The position numbers and the translations under genes were made by a program. DNA of 58,588 nucleotides from assembly GCF_001194135.2 (NCBI RefSeq), contig NC_069003.1:34219677-34278264 (forward strand), given 5' to 3'. The stretch is from Octopus bimaculoides (Eukaryota). Each line of letters starts with the position of its first letter. Within the stretch, counting starts at the first letter, position 1. Of the stretch, positions 1-12,649 are shown piece by piece. The notes under the pieces are model-generated. The model made no database searches. It was not told the DNA's origin and was given only the letters and a program-made list of their open reading frames with translations.

Positions 1-42
1 ATATATATATACATATATATATATATACATATATATATATAC

Positions 43-73
<31 letters not shown>

Positions 74-1039
74 CATATATATATATACACATATATATAT
101 ATACATATATATATATATACATACATATATATACATACGTATATATATAATTATATATATATTATATATATATATACATATATATATACACACACAGATA
201 ATGATGATGATGATGCCACATGTATAAATGTGGAGTGGGTGTGGACACACGTTTATGTATTTATGTTCATGTATGTCTTGTGTGCGCATATGTTTGTTTG
301 CGAGCGCATCTATCACCATTATTATAATAATAGTATCCAGAGTGAGAAATGACAAGTCTATGACAGATAAATTACATGAAAATATAGCGAGCTATTGCAT
401 GTATGCAGATATCTATGCATATATGCATCTAGGTTTCTATATATGCATGTAGGTATGTATGTGTGCATGTATGTATATATTTATGTACATTAAATGATCA
501 TGTTGATGTTGATTGCCCCTCCCCCCGCCACTGGTCACAATGGAAATGTCTAGAGTCCACACAACAACTGCACACACACATCAAGAAGAAGGGAAGTGAA
601 GACAGTTTAAGAAAAGAAATTTAATTACTGGGTACAGTGTGGGTAAATGAAGAGGGTACAGGGTACAGAGCTGCGTGTCTCAACCTTTCGAAATACCCAG
701 GTCAGATCTAAAACCTGGATTATTTTTGGAGGCCACACGAAAAATAATATTAAGACACAAATCATTTTATTATATTTATCATATTTCTGGAAGGAAGACT
801 GTCGAGGGCTGCCAGAAGGATGATTGAGGGCCATGTGTGGCCCTTGACCCACGTTTAAGAACTGCTAGCATAAAGTGTGGTTTAACAAAGGGATACAAGG
901 TATAGAACAGTCTTGGGCAAACTGTTACACTTGGGACTTACTGAATGGCACATTTAATGAAGAATTATCCTGGATTGTTTTTTTAGTAATGAAGCCCATC
1001 TATTGAAGCAGGGTGGCCTGCTTCTTGGAAAGGGTTTCC

Positions 1040-1270
1040 CCATGTCTGATACAGAGCATGGGTAAATGAAAAGGGTCCAGGGTATTGGGTAAGGGGGAAT
1101 GAAGAGAGTACAGAGTATAGGGCGAGGGTGAATTATGAGGGTACAGGGTATAGGGTGAGGGTAAATGAAGAGAGTACAGGTTATAGAGTGAAGGTAAATT
1201 ATGAGAGTACAGGTTATAGAGTGAGGGTAAATAATGACAGTACAGGGTATATATTGGGTAAATGTAGGGT
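1040..1270. repeat. Degenerate ~30-bp tandem repeat (gggtaaatgaagagagtacagggtatagggtga-like)
   Basis: Recurrent ggtaaat...gtacagg.tata units; one more copy near 640-670. Confidence 0.7.
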
Positions 1271-2459
1271 GCACAGGGTACAAAGTGGTGACATTGAAAG
1301 AGTGAGGTATATACAGTGTCATAGTGAAGAAAAGACAGTGAGGGTGTATATGGAATGAAGTTAAGAAAGTTAATGTATATTATATAGTATACTGAATTTA
1401 AGGGTGTATAATGCAATTAAAATGCAGGTGTATAATGCTGTTAGAAGAGTGGGTGTATAATGCAGTGAAGGTAAAGTGGTGTGTATACAATGTGATGAAA
1501 TTAAAAGACTGTGGGTATAAAAAGATATATAATGCAGTGAAATTAAGTGAGTGGGTGTATATAGTGTGGTAATATTAAAAGACTTAGGGTGTATAATGCA
1601 ATGTTGCTAAGAAATTAAGGGTATGAAGTGCAATGAAATTAAGAGAGTAGGTGTATATAATTTAATGAAATTAAAAATTTAAGGGTATTTAGTGCAGTTT
1701 AGTTAAGAGACCAAGGGTATTTAGTGCAGCGGAATAAATTAAAAAGTTGGGGGTATATAAAGTGCAGTGAACTTTAATTTAGGGGGTGGTGTAAGGGATG
1801 GGAGTAAAAAATGCGTGGTGGACATAATAAAGAGTTGGATATATATAGAGTGGTGAGGGGTTGAGAGAGAGGGGTTGACATTGTATGAAGTTGAGCATTG
1901 AAAAGAGTGGGTTACCTTGCAGTGACGTCAAAAATCTAAAGTTGTGTTTATATAGGTTGATGGAAGATCTGTGAGGTCTTAAATACGATGGTGTGAAGAG
2001 AGACAGACAGACAGATAGAGACAAGGAGAGGTATTACTGTTGCACGCTGTGAAGTAAGAAGAGAAAAAGGACAGAGGGACACAGAGAAAGTGGCAGAGAG
2101 AGAGAGAAGGGGGAAAGATATTATTGTGATATACTGTGAAGATAGATAGAGAGTTTTCAGACAGAGAGAGATAGAGTGACAGACAGACAAGGAGAAAGAG
2201 TGACAGACAGACAAGGAGAAAGAGAGACAGACAGAGATAAATCGAGACAGACAGAGGAGATACTATTATTGGGTGAAGAAAATAGTTGTGGAATTTCCAA
2301 CAGTTTATTCAGAGAATTGGTTCCAACCATTCCAAGAGAATTAAGGTAAAGAATTTTTTCATCCAATATATTTTTGTCATTATTGTGTTTTATTGAAGTT
2401 TAACAAGAAAAAAAAAGGAATATTTTTCATTTTTTATTTTTTCAAAAGTGGAGTTAGTG

Positions 2460-3195
2460 TCACTGTAGTGGTGGTGGTGGTGCTTGATGTGGTGTAGTGG
2501 AGCCTTTTAGTGGCTGTTGTGGTAGTAGTAATTTTGTAGTTGTTGTTGCGATGGTGGTAGTAGTGGTCATATTTGCAATTGTTGTTGTGGTAGTGTCTTT
2601 CTAGTGGTTTCAATGATACTGGTGGTGATGGTGGTGGTGGTAGTGCTGCTATTGTAGCTTAACCCATGGTCAGCCCTTTCAGATCAAAACCATTCCAGAT
2701 GTGACCATCCAGTCTTTTTACTTTTTTTTTTTTTTGCCAGTCATTTTTGTCATTGATTCACATTTTTCTAAGACAGTAAGATTTGATATGAAGAACATAT
2801 GGCTGCTATTTCTAGCAAGATAACCTCAACAATAGTATTAGTAACAGTAACTGGTGTTGTTGTTGTTGTTGTTGTTGTTATGAGAGTGTCTGGTGGTGTT
2901 GGTGTTGGTGGTGGTTAAAATCATTGTGATGGCGAAAGTGGAAATGGTGATGATAGTGGTGGTGGTAGTGGGAGTAGTGACAGTACTGGTGCTGGTAGTG
3001 GAGGTAGTTGCAAGAGTGATAGTGGTGGTGGTGGTGGTGATGGTTGTAGTGATGATAGTGGTGGTGGTTGTGATGGTGGTGAATATGGTGACGGTTGTTG
3101 TAGAAGTTGTGGCAGTGTTGGGTTTTAGTGGTGGCAATGTTAGTAGCAGTGATAGTGGTGGTGGTTGCAGAGGTAGTGGCAGTGGTGGCAGCGTT
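2460..3195. repeat. Degenerate (GTG/GTA/GTT)n trinucleotide field
   Basis: Simple-repeat composition; produces the polyV, polyT and polyH ORFs in the track. Confidence 0.9.
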
Positions 3196-3228
3196 TTCCT
3201 TCATTACTTCCTTTTAACAATTCTAGTT

Positions 3229-3516
3229 AAGCAACTTCTAGACTAAAGGCAACTGCTAAATTTGAAGCAGTTTCTAGACTTGAGGCAACTGTTAAATTTA
3301 CAATAGCATCTAGATTTGAGGCAATTGCTAGATTTAAAGCAACTTTTAGACTTGACGCAACTGCTACAGTTAAAGCAGCTGCTGTATTTGAAGCAACTTT
3401 TAAACATGAAGCAATTGCTAAATTTGAAGCAACTTCAAAATTTAAGGCAACTACTAGATTTAAAGCAACTTCCAAACTTTAAGCAATTGCTAAATTTGAA
3501 GCAACTTCAAAATTTG
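3229..3516. repeat. 18-bp minisatellite, about 16 units (consensus aagcaactkctaratttr)
   Basis: Units such as aagcaacttctagacttg and aggcaactgctaaatttg can be read directly, with partial 36-bp higher-order alternation. Confidence 0.9.
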
Positions 3517-3713
3517 GTGGCATCAGAGAATAGGATAATAGATACATGCAAATGAAAAGTGGGGTGGGGTGAGAAGATGAACACACACACACACACACAA
3601 TGTGACCCTTGCATTTATTTACACCTAAAAATCAGTAAAATATATTTTTTTAATTTTCCCCTTACCTTTTTTTTTCTTTCTTATATTCCAATTCAATGTG
3701 TTATATCCAACAG

Positions 3714-3768
3714 ATTTGGACCTCATGCTTTTTGAGTACATACGGGAGGTTCTTCTAGATCAGGGTTT
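3714..3768 (+). CDS. Penultimate coding exon of an unidentified gene (xLDLMLFEYIREVLLDQG)
   Basis: Pyrimidine tract then ccaacag| acceptor at 3713, TT|gtaagc donor at 3769. Only the phase1-to-phase2 frame is open, and it joins the next exon in frame. Confidence 0.55.
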
Positions 3769-3928
3769 GTAAGCCAGGCCCTAAACAACAACAACAACAA
3801 CAACTACATCAAGAATGCTGTTCACCACTAAACTAACCCCCCCCACTCTACAATAAACAAAACTAATATTTTCATTGTTTTTATTTTATTCCACTTCATT
3901 TTGTTTTTTTTTCTTTTCTATTTTTCAG

Positions 3929-3998
3929 AAATGCATGTGTTCAACGGAATATTCCTCTGGCTCTTGCTCGCTTCTTCCCTGTTAATTTACTGTCATAG
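3929..3998 (+). CDS. Terminal coding exon of an unidentified gene (L)NACVQRNIPLALARFFPVNLLS*
   Basis: Strong acceptor ttttcttttctatttttcag| at 3928; phase-2 continuation from the 3714-3768 exon; TAG at 3996-3998; AATAAA at 4066-4071. Confidence 0.55.
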
Positions 3999-6900
3999 TT
4001 ACGTATTTATTGTGACTGTACCAAAGTTATCTCCAAGACGTAAAGAACCGCCCACTGTAAGTACGAATAAACTACAAAGTGATTGAAAAGTAACTCCCTG
4101 TTTCAAGATACTTATAAATTATTTATTAATTATAATTTTTTCTCAAAGTTTGTGTTTGCTTTTTGAATTTTAGATAAAACCTCACACTAAAAGCTTTTCT
4201 CTCATATCCACTTTCTGTAAAAATTACAATTACTTCTTACGTAGCCTTGAGTTAACCAAAGTCACATGAGAATGCAATTTTGGTAGACAGAGCTCATCAG
4301 TGGAACCATTCTTGTTATTCAATCAATTTAATAACCCTCTCTGGTCTTTGAAACTTGTGAAGGTTATCTCTGCAGATTTTCTATCGAAATTATAACCAGC
4401 ACTGGTTTTTGCTACAACCTTTTGTATCCGAGACTCTGCAGGCTATAATTTCTATAAAATATCTGTAGAGATGTAAGTGATGTAAAAGCGCACTGCTAAC
4501 ACAGGTAAGACACAGCATTGACTTATAAAAACATTTAATATACTTTACATCATGTTACGATTGCATAACGAAATACCACGTCCCTACAAGTCATTGATAC
4601 TCTGGTCCTTGTAGCAAGCATTCAGGTTAGGTATTTGATTTAAGGTTATGTCCCTCATTGAGGATCAGGAACATTTCACTTATTCTCTTTTAGCTCTTAA
4701 GAGAATTTAAAAAAAAAAAAAAGAAAATGAAAAATCTCGTTCGTATTAATTTTTCTTTCCTGTGCACAAAGTAATACTATATAGGAGTTTAAGGAGGTCA
4801 ACTTCGTGTTTAATCTTCCAGGGGTCAATAAAAAAATAATCCCCTGTCTGGTAGTAGAGGGGGCGCTAAAGGTCAACTACTTCTGTCAACACAGTCTTTC
4901 GATCGTCGTGGTTTGGTCAAGAGATTTATTAAGGGGAAACAACTGCACTGGCCAAATATTCTGTCAGTCTCTTTTGCTAAGCTGCTAAGTTACAGGGACA
5001 TAAACACATCGTCACCAGTTGCCAAGTAGTGGTGGGGAACAAAAACACGCTTGCATACACACACACACACACATATCATCATCATCATCAACGTCTGTTG
5101 TCTATGCTGGCATGGGTTGGACGATTTGAGAGGAGCTGCACCAGGATCCATCTTGATTTGGCCTGGTTTCTACAGCTGGATGCCCTTCCTAATGCCTAAC
5201 TCACTTTACAGTGGATTTGGTAGACAGAAACTGAAAGAAGCCTGTTGTATATATATATATATATATGTATGTATATATATAGTGTGTGTGTATGTATCTA
5301 TGTGTGTGTAACTTTGTGTCTGTGTGCTTCTCCTCCCGTCACCGCTTGACAACCGATGTTGGTGTGTTTACATCCCCGTAACTTAGAGGTTCAGCAAAGG
5401 AGACTGACAGAATAAGTTCAAGGCTTAAAAATATGTCCTGGGGTTAATTTCTTCGAATAAAACCCTTCTAAGCTGTACTCCAGCATGGCCACAGGCAAAT
5501 GACTGAAACAAGAATAAAAGAATACACACACACACACACACACATATATATATCTTTATGCATCTATATCTATATATGTATATATATATTTCTATGTATT
5601 TTCCAGTGTACCCTGTATTTGAAGCAATGTCACCCAGATCAAGATACGTGCTGCCCTGGACTCCAATGCACCAATATTCTCTACAGCTATTGTCTCTACC
5701 CCTTCGAGACCTGCTACTGCATGACCAAATCTTACTACTACACGGAAAATAAATAATACTGCCATTCTCTCATTTCAACCAATCCGTTCCGTTTCCAATG
5801 CCAAGGATCAAAGCACCTTCCTTCTTCTTCTTCTTTCTTGCTTCTCCATGTGAAGCCCAGACTCTTCCCACCGAGTGTCATTCCTGTCTGACATTTCTAG
5901 AAAGTCTGATAAATAATGTTTTAAGTTTTGAAAACAAATAAAATGGCTTCGGTTATCGTTATTGCAGCAATTATTGTTGTTGTTGTTGTTGTTGTAATTG
6001 TTGCTGCTGTTGTTGTTGTGGGTTTTTTTTAACCCCAGGTTATTTCTGATTGAGCCACATTTTGATCAAAGATGCTTTAGCAGTGACAATTCTTTTCTTT
6101 ACATTTTTCTCAGCCTTAGTGTATCTAGGACAACATTAGTTCAATGTGATCAATCGTTTTATTAACTCTCAAGCATATAAACCAGCCACATCATGCCCAA
6201 ATATTCTGCCTGTTTTATATCCAAAGTGGCCAAATCCAGCCTCTCACACTTACCCTGCAATGTCATTCCAAAAATATACCAACACATCATTGAAATCTCA
6301 AAGCTGCAAGACAATGCATGATTAATTTAAAACAATTAATTCAAAATAATTAAGCCTTACATTTGACAAAGTAATCCGAATAGTAGGGGCTTAAAAAGGG
6401 TTTTTAATAAAGAGGAATGGGACACAGCAGTTAATATCAAGGCAGTGGATGGATTGAAACACTGAAAGAGAATGAGTTCAAATTCCACCAAGGTTGACTT
6501 TACCTTTCATGGTCGACAAATAAAGTACCAGTTGCGTACTGGGGTCGATCTAATCGACTGGACCCTTCCCCAAAAATTTTGGGCCTTGTGCCTCGAGTAG
6601 AAAATAATATATGCGATTCCAATGGATGGGCAACTAAGTGACGAATAATGACAATCATTTAAGCTTATTTTTGTCTTTAAAATACTATTCAGTTACCTCC
6701 CTTGATTATGTGGTTACCGATGGTTTATCTCCCTTGCATTATTTTCTATAATAGTCTTCCTAAAAGAATCCTTTTCCATTATAGGCACAAGGCCTGTCAT
6801 TTTGCGGGAGGGAGCTAGTCGAGTAAATTAACCCCAGTAGTCAATTGGTTATTTCAATGAACCGGAAAGAGTGAAAGGCAAACAGACTTTGGTGGAATTT

Positions 6901-8807
6901 GAACTCAAAACGTAAAGACTGACGAAATGTCACTTAGCATTTCGTCTGGCATGCTAACAATTCTACCAGATCACCAGTTTCATCTTCGTATAAGAACCTC
7001 GCCCATTCTCCAAAATATTGCTTTTGTTGCATGTGTTATATTCTTGTTAATTGTAAATATATCCTTCGTTTTAATCTTAGATTAATCAACAAAAAATATT
7101 AATGTATTGTGTTTGTATGAAGGAAAGTCTAAAATTCAAGTTTTATTTTTTTTGTTGATTAAATCCAGGAATAAAGTTTTTAAAATATTTTATAATTACT
7201 CCTAAGACTGAGAAGTTATGGACGAAAGGAAAAATATTGTGGAGGACAAAGATTTTTTAAAATTATTTTCATGGTAAATATGGTTTATAAATTGAAGTTC
7301 ACCATTACCTTCTGCCAGAGCCACGTGGAGCTTAGGTGTTTTGCTCATAAACACACACATCACCCGGTCTGAGATTTGAACCCACGATCCCTCGACCACG
7401 AGTCCGCTGCTCTAACCATGTACCTCCACTCCTTACAGAGTAATGTGGACTAACTTCTCATTTCACAAGTGGTAGGGTTTCTGGTGAGTTTCCCATTTAA
7501 GGGGAGATAATCGCTTCTGGATTAAATAAAATTGAAGAACATGCATCCTTTATGCTTAACTTGTTTCAGTCATTACACTGTGGCCATGCTGGAGCACTGC
7601 CTTGAAAAATTTTTAGTCAAACCAATCGACCCCAGTACCTGTGTCCTTTTTAAGCCTGGTATTTATTTTATTGGTCTCTAATACTGAACTGTAAAGTTAT
7701 GGGGAGGTAAACACATTGACACCAGCTGTCAAGCTGTGGAGGCAGGGACAAACAGACACACAACACACACACACATATACATACATAAAATGTGTGTGTG
7801 TGTGTGTGTGTAAATGTAAACAAATATTTGTTTTTTTTTATTAGACGCATCAAAATGTGTATTATACGATACAAATAAGAAGATAATATTTTTTCCAACA
7901 CAGAGTTAACTGTTAGAAAAGCAGAAATGCTGGGTAAACTACCCTTACAAGGTGGGAAAATTTGTCAACAACCAGCCATGGGACTCGAACCCATATCCCT
8001 CAAAGCTTCCATTAAGCTAAACTGCCCGCTGATGAATTCATTCACCGAATTAAATGCTAAATACTTTAGTTTTATAGAACAACCAGTGTGTGTGTATGCG
8101 ACGGGCTTCTTTCAGTTTCCATCTACCAAATCCACTCACAAGACTTTGGTTAGTCCAAGGCTGTAGTAGAAGACACTTGCCAAAAGGTGTCACACAGTGG
8201 GCCTGAACCCAGAACCATGTGGTTAGGAAGAAAACTTCTTACCACACAGCCACGCCTATTTAATTTTTAATCTTTTTTCTTGCTAACGATTCTGCCCACC
8301 GTCCTAACGATCCTGCCTGGCCTGCTAATGATCCTGCCCGGCCTGCTAATGATTCCACCAGCTCATTTCCTTATAATCTGAAATAATAAACAAGTAAAAA
8401 AAAATATTTTAAAAAATTTGTGAATTCATTTTTATTTTTATTTTTAAACCACGCCATTGGTAAATAAATAAAATGACTACTTAGTAGGATGAGATAACTG
8501 TTACTAATGCTATTGTCATTTTCTGTTGTTGTTGTTATTGTAGTGGTTGGCTGGCTGATTAGTAGGTTGGTGTGTGTTGTTGGTCACCCAAACACTTCTC
8601 AAGTTCTACATATAAAAATTTAACCAAGAATATGAAAACAGAAATTGAGAAGCTACTGTTTGTTTTTTGTCTTTATGTTTTTGTTTGTTTCCTTTCTCAA
8701 AGACCCCCACCTCTGCTCTCACCTGTTTCTGTCCTCTCTCTCACTCTCTCTCACTCTTTTCTTTCCCTCTCTCTCTCTCTCTATTTTTCAGTACCACTAA
8801 CTAAAAA

Positions 8808-9974
8808 TCAAGACACGGCAGTGTTGTGTGAACCACTTCTTATATCAGTTATCTGAATCGAACCCATTTCGCATTCAGGTAACATTTCAACATCAATACA
8901 GTTTCTGGGACTAAAAAGTTCTAATTTACTCATCTTACGAGAACTGACAGTACTTTCGTTAGGAGTCACCTCTACACAGTCATCTTGGTCACTATCTAAC
9001 TGGCTCACATTTTCGTTTTTAATAGTGAAACTAATATTTGACGAATTCCTCTTGTTAGCCGACTGTCTCTGACGCACAGTGGAACCGTTTTGAAAGTCAA
9101 TCAGAGATCTCGTGTCGGAGAAACTAGAAGTGTTTGTCGGCAAATGCTGAAATGATGAAGTAGGGATGTTGTCTTTCTCATTAAGAGAAGATTCGTTAGT
9201 ATGATTTACCAATTCCTCTGTCGCTTGATGGAAGTTGGATGAAACGGCAGGATTTAGGTGATCTTCCATATCAGAATGTTGGCTATATTTCTCATCATCG
9301 ACATTAATTGGTTCGATTTTAATGGCATCATCCAGTTGGTAATCGTCCATAGAGCTTACAAGTTTTGCCGATCCGCTCGAGGAACCTACATTAGCGTTGG
9401 CCACCTGGTACATATCAGATTGGCGGTCTTGATGCAATGAAGAGTAGCCAAACCTTTGACGTACGTGTGCCTCGTGCAAGAACTTTTGGTTCATTGCAGC
9501 TGTAGGAACATCGGAGTCGTCGATGAATGAATGGGAATTTACATACTGCTGTTGCTGCTGATGTTGTTGCTGTTGCTGCTGATGTTGTTGCTGCTGCTGC
9601 TGCTGAATGTGCCGGACTTTGTTCTGCTGTCGATGGTAAACAGGCGTCGTCCTGAAGCCACGCCCAGAGTGTAAATTGATGTTATTAAGGCTGGAGGTTG
9701 AAGTCTTTCGGTTGTCTGGGGTAGTCATCAAGTTGGCATCACAGAGCAATTCCAGTTCTTTAATTCCAAGCTGTAGAGCAATCAGCAGCAACTGGTCTAA
9801 GAGTCTGGGAGTCAGACTCAGGACACCGTTGTACATATACTCAGCAAAGGCTGTAAGGGCCTCTCGACTGACTCTTTGGGGGAAATTTACCTGCAGGAAA
9901 CGGTTGGCTTGTACATCTGCATTAAACATAGACAGCAGTCTTGGACAGATTGCCAACAGCACGACTTTGTGAAC
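8808..9974 (-). CDS. DUF3504-BTB fusion gene, coding exon 6 (terminal): C-terminal BTB half plus polyQ/low-complexity tail
   Basis: Acceptor ttttctttcag| at 9975, phase 0. Reads VHKVVLLAICPRLLSMF...ALTAFAEYMYNGVLSL...LLLIALQLGIKELELLC, typical of BTB. Open to TGA at 8808-8810. Confidence 0.9.
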   Translation of the reverse strand, partial: VHKVVLLAICPRLLSMFNADVQANRFLQVNFPQRVSREALTAFAEYMYNGVLSLTPRLLDQLLLIALQLGIKELELLCDANLMTTPDNRKTSTSSLNNINLHSGRGFRTTPVYHRQQNKVRHIQQQQQQQHQQQQQQHQQQQQYVNSHSFIDDSDVPTAAMNQKFLHEAHVRQRFGYSSLHQDRQSDMYQVANANVGSSSGSAKLVSSMDDYQLDDAIKIEPINVDDEKYSQHSDMEDHLNPAVSSNFHQATEELVNHTNESSLNEKDNIPTSSFQHLPTNTSSFSDTRSLIDFQNGSTVRQRQSANKRNSSNISFTIKNENVSQLDSDQDDCVEVTPNESTVSSRKMSKLELFSPRNCIDVEMLPECEMGSIQITDIRSGSHNTAVS

Positions 9975-11251
9975 CTGAAAGAAAACATAAATAACAACAA
10001 CATTAGTTTTGCTCCAGCATGACCACAGCCACCTGGCTGAAACACATAAAAGAATAACATTTCATACAGTCACATTAGTTTTACTAACACTTCAAACAGT
10101 CACCGGTGCAGGCATGGCTGTGTGGTTAAGAAAGTTTGCTTCAAAACCACATGGCTTCAGGTTCAACCCCAATGTTGGGCAGTTTGAGGAAAATGTCTTG
10201 TACTATAGCCCCAAGATAATCAATGCCACACGAGGGAATTTCGGTAGAAGGAAACTACAGGAAACCCATTGTGTGGGTGCGCATGTATGAATGCACATGT
10301 ATGTATGCATGCAAACATGACTGAATGCAGATATTCCACACTGTCACTGCTTCAGAACCAAAAAAATGTTGTGCATTGTCGAAGACCCATGGAATCAAGA
10401 TATCCCTTGCTTGAACAACAGTTAAGGGTTGGTAATAGGAAGGGCATTGTCATCACCATTGTCAACCCATGCCAGCATGGAAAGCGGACGTTAAACGATG
10501 ATGATGATGATGATTTGCCATCCTTGCATGGATCAGTTGCAGGATGCCCTTCCTGTTGCCAACCCTCACCTGTTTACAAGCAAAGGTGAGAATTCTCCCA
10601 AATACACTCAGGTGTCCTGAATTTTTCATGGAAGATTGAAAATGAATAAGCATTACATTTCACAGAGAAATCAGAATGCTAAAGGGTTAAGCTGCTGTTT
10701 GGAACAGAAATCAGAATTAATTTTGATAGAAAGCTTTAATTTAGATCTACGAGTAGCCCTAAATGTGAAATAGCAGCAACATATGACAAATGAAGGCCTT
10801 TATGGAGACCTGCCAAAAGTTAGCAAGAAGATCAGGCAAAGATGACTGTGGCTATCTGGTCACTGCATGCACCGCCCTGCAACTGGAAGCATCCAAATAA
10901 GTCTTGTGGAACCCACTTCATGGTGATGTAAGAAGAGGAAAATGTCATTACACTTAAATTTGACTATTTGATTGCAGACTCTGGCCTGGATAAGTATCCA
11001 GGCCCTCAAGGCCATGATGATGGACCGAGAAGTGTGGCAAATGGACTTTGTTGCTGTGGCCAAGGTTGGAACCTGGCCATAATAAATAATTTAAAACATG
11101 AAATTTGCACCAAAGAACCAATGGTGATCTCAGGTATATTGGTATCAAAAAGGTTAAATGATGATGATGATGAGGTGGTGGTGGTGGTAGTGGTGATGAT
11201 GATGATGAAAGGTACTGAAACCAATGTGATGCTAAACAATCGAAAGCTTAC

Positions 11252-11528
11252 CATTATTTTTGTGGTGCCATTACCAATGGCAGCATCGCAGAGTTTACCA
11301 TTTTTCCAGAGTAAGGCCAAACTTGACATAACATTGTGTTGGTGTTCAGAAATAACAATTTGTTGCTCTTCCTCGTCCTCTTCAGCTTCGTCTCCCAAAA
11401 TCTCGATGCTGAACTCATCGGAAACATCCGGACTGTCGAGTGGAATCGGTGACATCTGAGCAGAAGACTTCTCCACAGAGATGTCATTTTTCCCTTTCAA
11501 CATCGTCATGGAGTGGTGTATATTATCC
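11252..11528 (-). CDS. DUF3504-BTB fusion gene, coding exon 5: acidic linker plus BTB N-terminus (LALLWKNGKLCDAAIGNGTTKIM)
   Basis: Acceptor ttttttcctcag| at 11529 (phase 2) and donor ATG|gtaagc at 11251 (phase 0); 277 nt. The LxxLxxxxxLCD motif marks the BTB start. Confidence 0.9.
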
Positions 11529-11928
11529 CTGAGGAAAAAAAAAATGTTCAGATAATTAAACATCGTAACACAGAATAAATGAATGGAGCTGAATTGGTGA
11601 TTCCCAACCATTTCTTGGCTGTGGAACCCTTTTTTTCATAATTTACTCTTCTGGGCCCTCAGACCCATTCAATGTTTCAAAAATCTTGTTTTATTTTATT
11701 CTTTTTTTTTTTTTTTTTTAATTTGCTTCAGTGATTTCACCGTAGTCATGCTGGAGTACCCCCCTTCAAGGGTTCGATCCCAGGAGTGATTTCTTAAGTC
11801 TAGTACTTATTCTATCGGTCATTTTTACCAAACTACTAAGATACAGGGACATAAACACACCAACACCAGTTGTCGAATGGTGATGGGAGGACAAACACAG
11901 ACACCAAGACACACACACACAAATAAAT

Positions 11929-11966
<38 letters not shown>

Positions 11967-12056
11967 GGGAGAATATACAAATAATAACAACAGACGAGGA
12001 CAGGTGGTGTAAATAACAAAAGGATATATTAGTATGACGCTCGGGAATACGGAAAG

Positions 12057-12093
12057 TCTTTGACGTTTCGAGCTACGCTCTTCAACAGAAAGA
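12057..12093 (-). ncRNA. Hammerhead-like motif in a Penelope-type terminal fragment (fragment about 11975-12133)
   Basis: Minus strand TCTTT-CTGTTGA-A-GAGC(GTA)GCTC-GAAAC-GTC-AAAGA; the core has A6>U. Confidence 0.5.
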
Positions 12094-12649
12094 ATACGGA
12101 GACAAGGAGAAAAACACGGAGAAAAAAAATTGAANNNNNNNNNNNNNNNNNNNNNNNNNNNNNNNNNNNNNNNNNNNNNNNNNNNNNNNNNNNNNNNNNN
12201 NNNNNNNNNNNNNNNNNNNNNNNNNNNNNNNNNNNNNNNNNNNNNNNNNNNNNNNNNNNNNNNNNNNNNNNNNNNNNNNNNNNNNNNNNNNNNNNNNNNN
12301 NNNNNNNNNNNNNNNNNNNNNNNNNNNNNNNNNNNNNNNNNNNNNNNNNNNNNNNNNNNNNNNNNNNNNNNNNNNNNNNNNNNNNNNNNNNNNNNNNNNN
12401 NNNNNNNNNNNNNNNNNNNNNNNNNNNNNNNNNNNNNNNNNNNNNNNNNNNNNNNNNNNNNNNNNNNNNNNNNNNNNNNNNNNNNNNNNNNNNNNNNNNN
12501 NNNNNNNNNNNNNNNNNNNNNNNNNNNNNNNNNNNNNNNNNNNNNNNNNNNNNNNNNNNNNNNNNNNNNNNNNNNNNNNNNNNNNNNNNNNNNNNNNNNN
12601 NNNNNNGAATATGAAGATTTTGGGGTTGGAGGTGAGGGGTTCCACTTAC

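Noticed and set aside
2255-2345. Possible extra + exon (ILLLGEENSCGISNSLFRELVPTIPRELR, donor AAG|gtaaag)
   Set aside because: No pyrimidine-rich acceptor, and its phase does not join exon 3714 without a stop.
2838-3246. PolyT/polyH/polyV ORFs here and at 17058-17762 and 24546-24849
   Set aside because: Translations of trinucleotide microsatellites with no splice or domain support.
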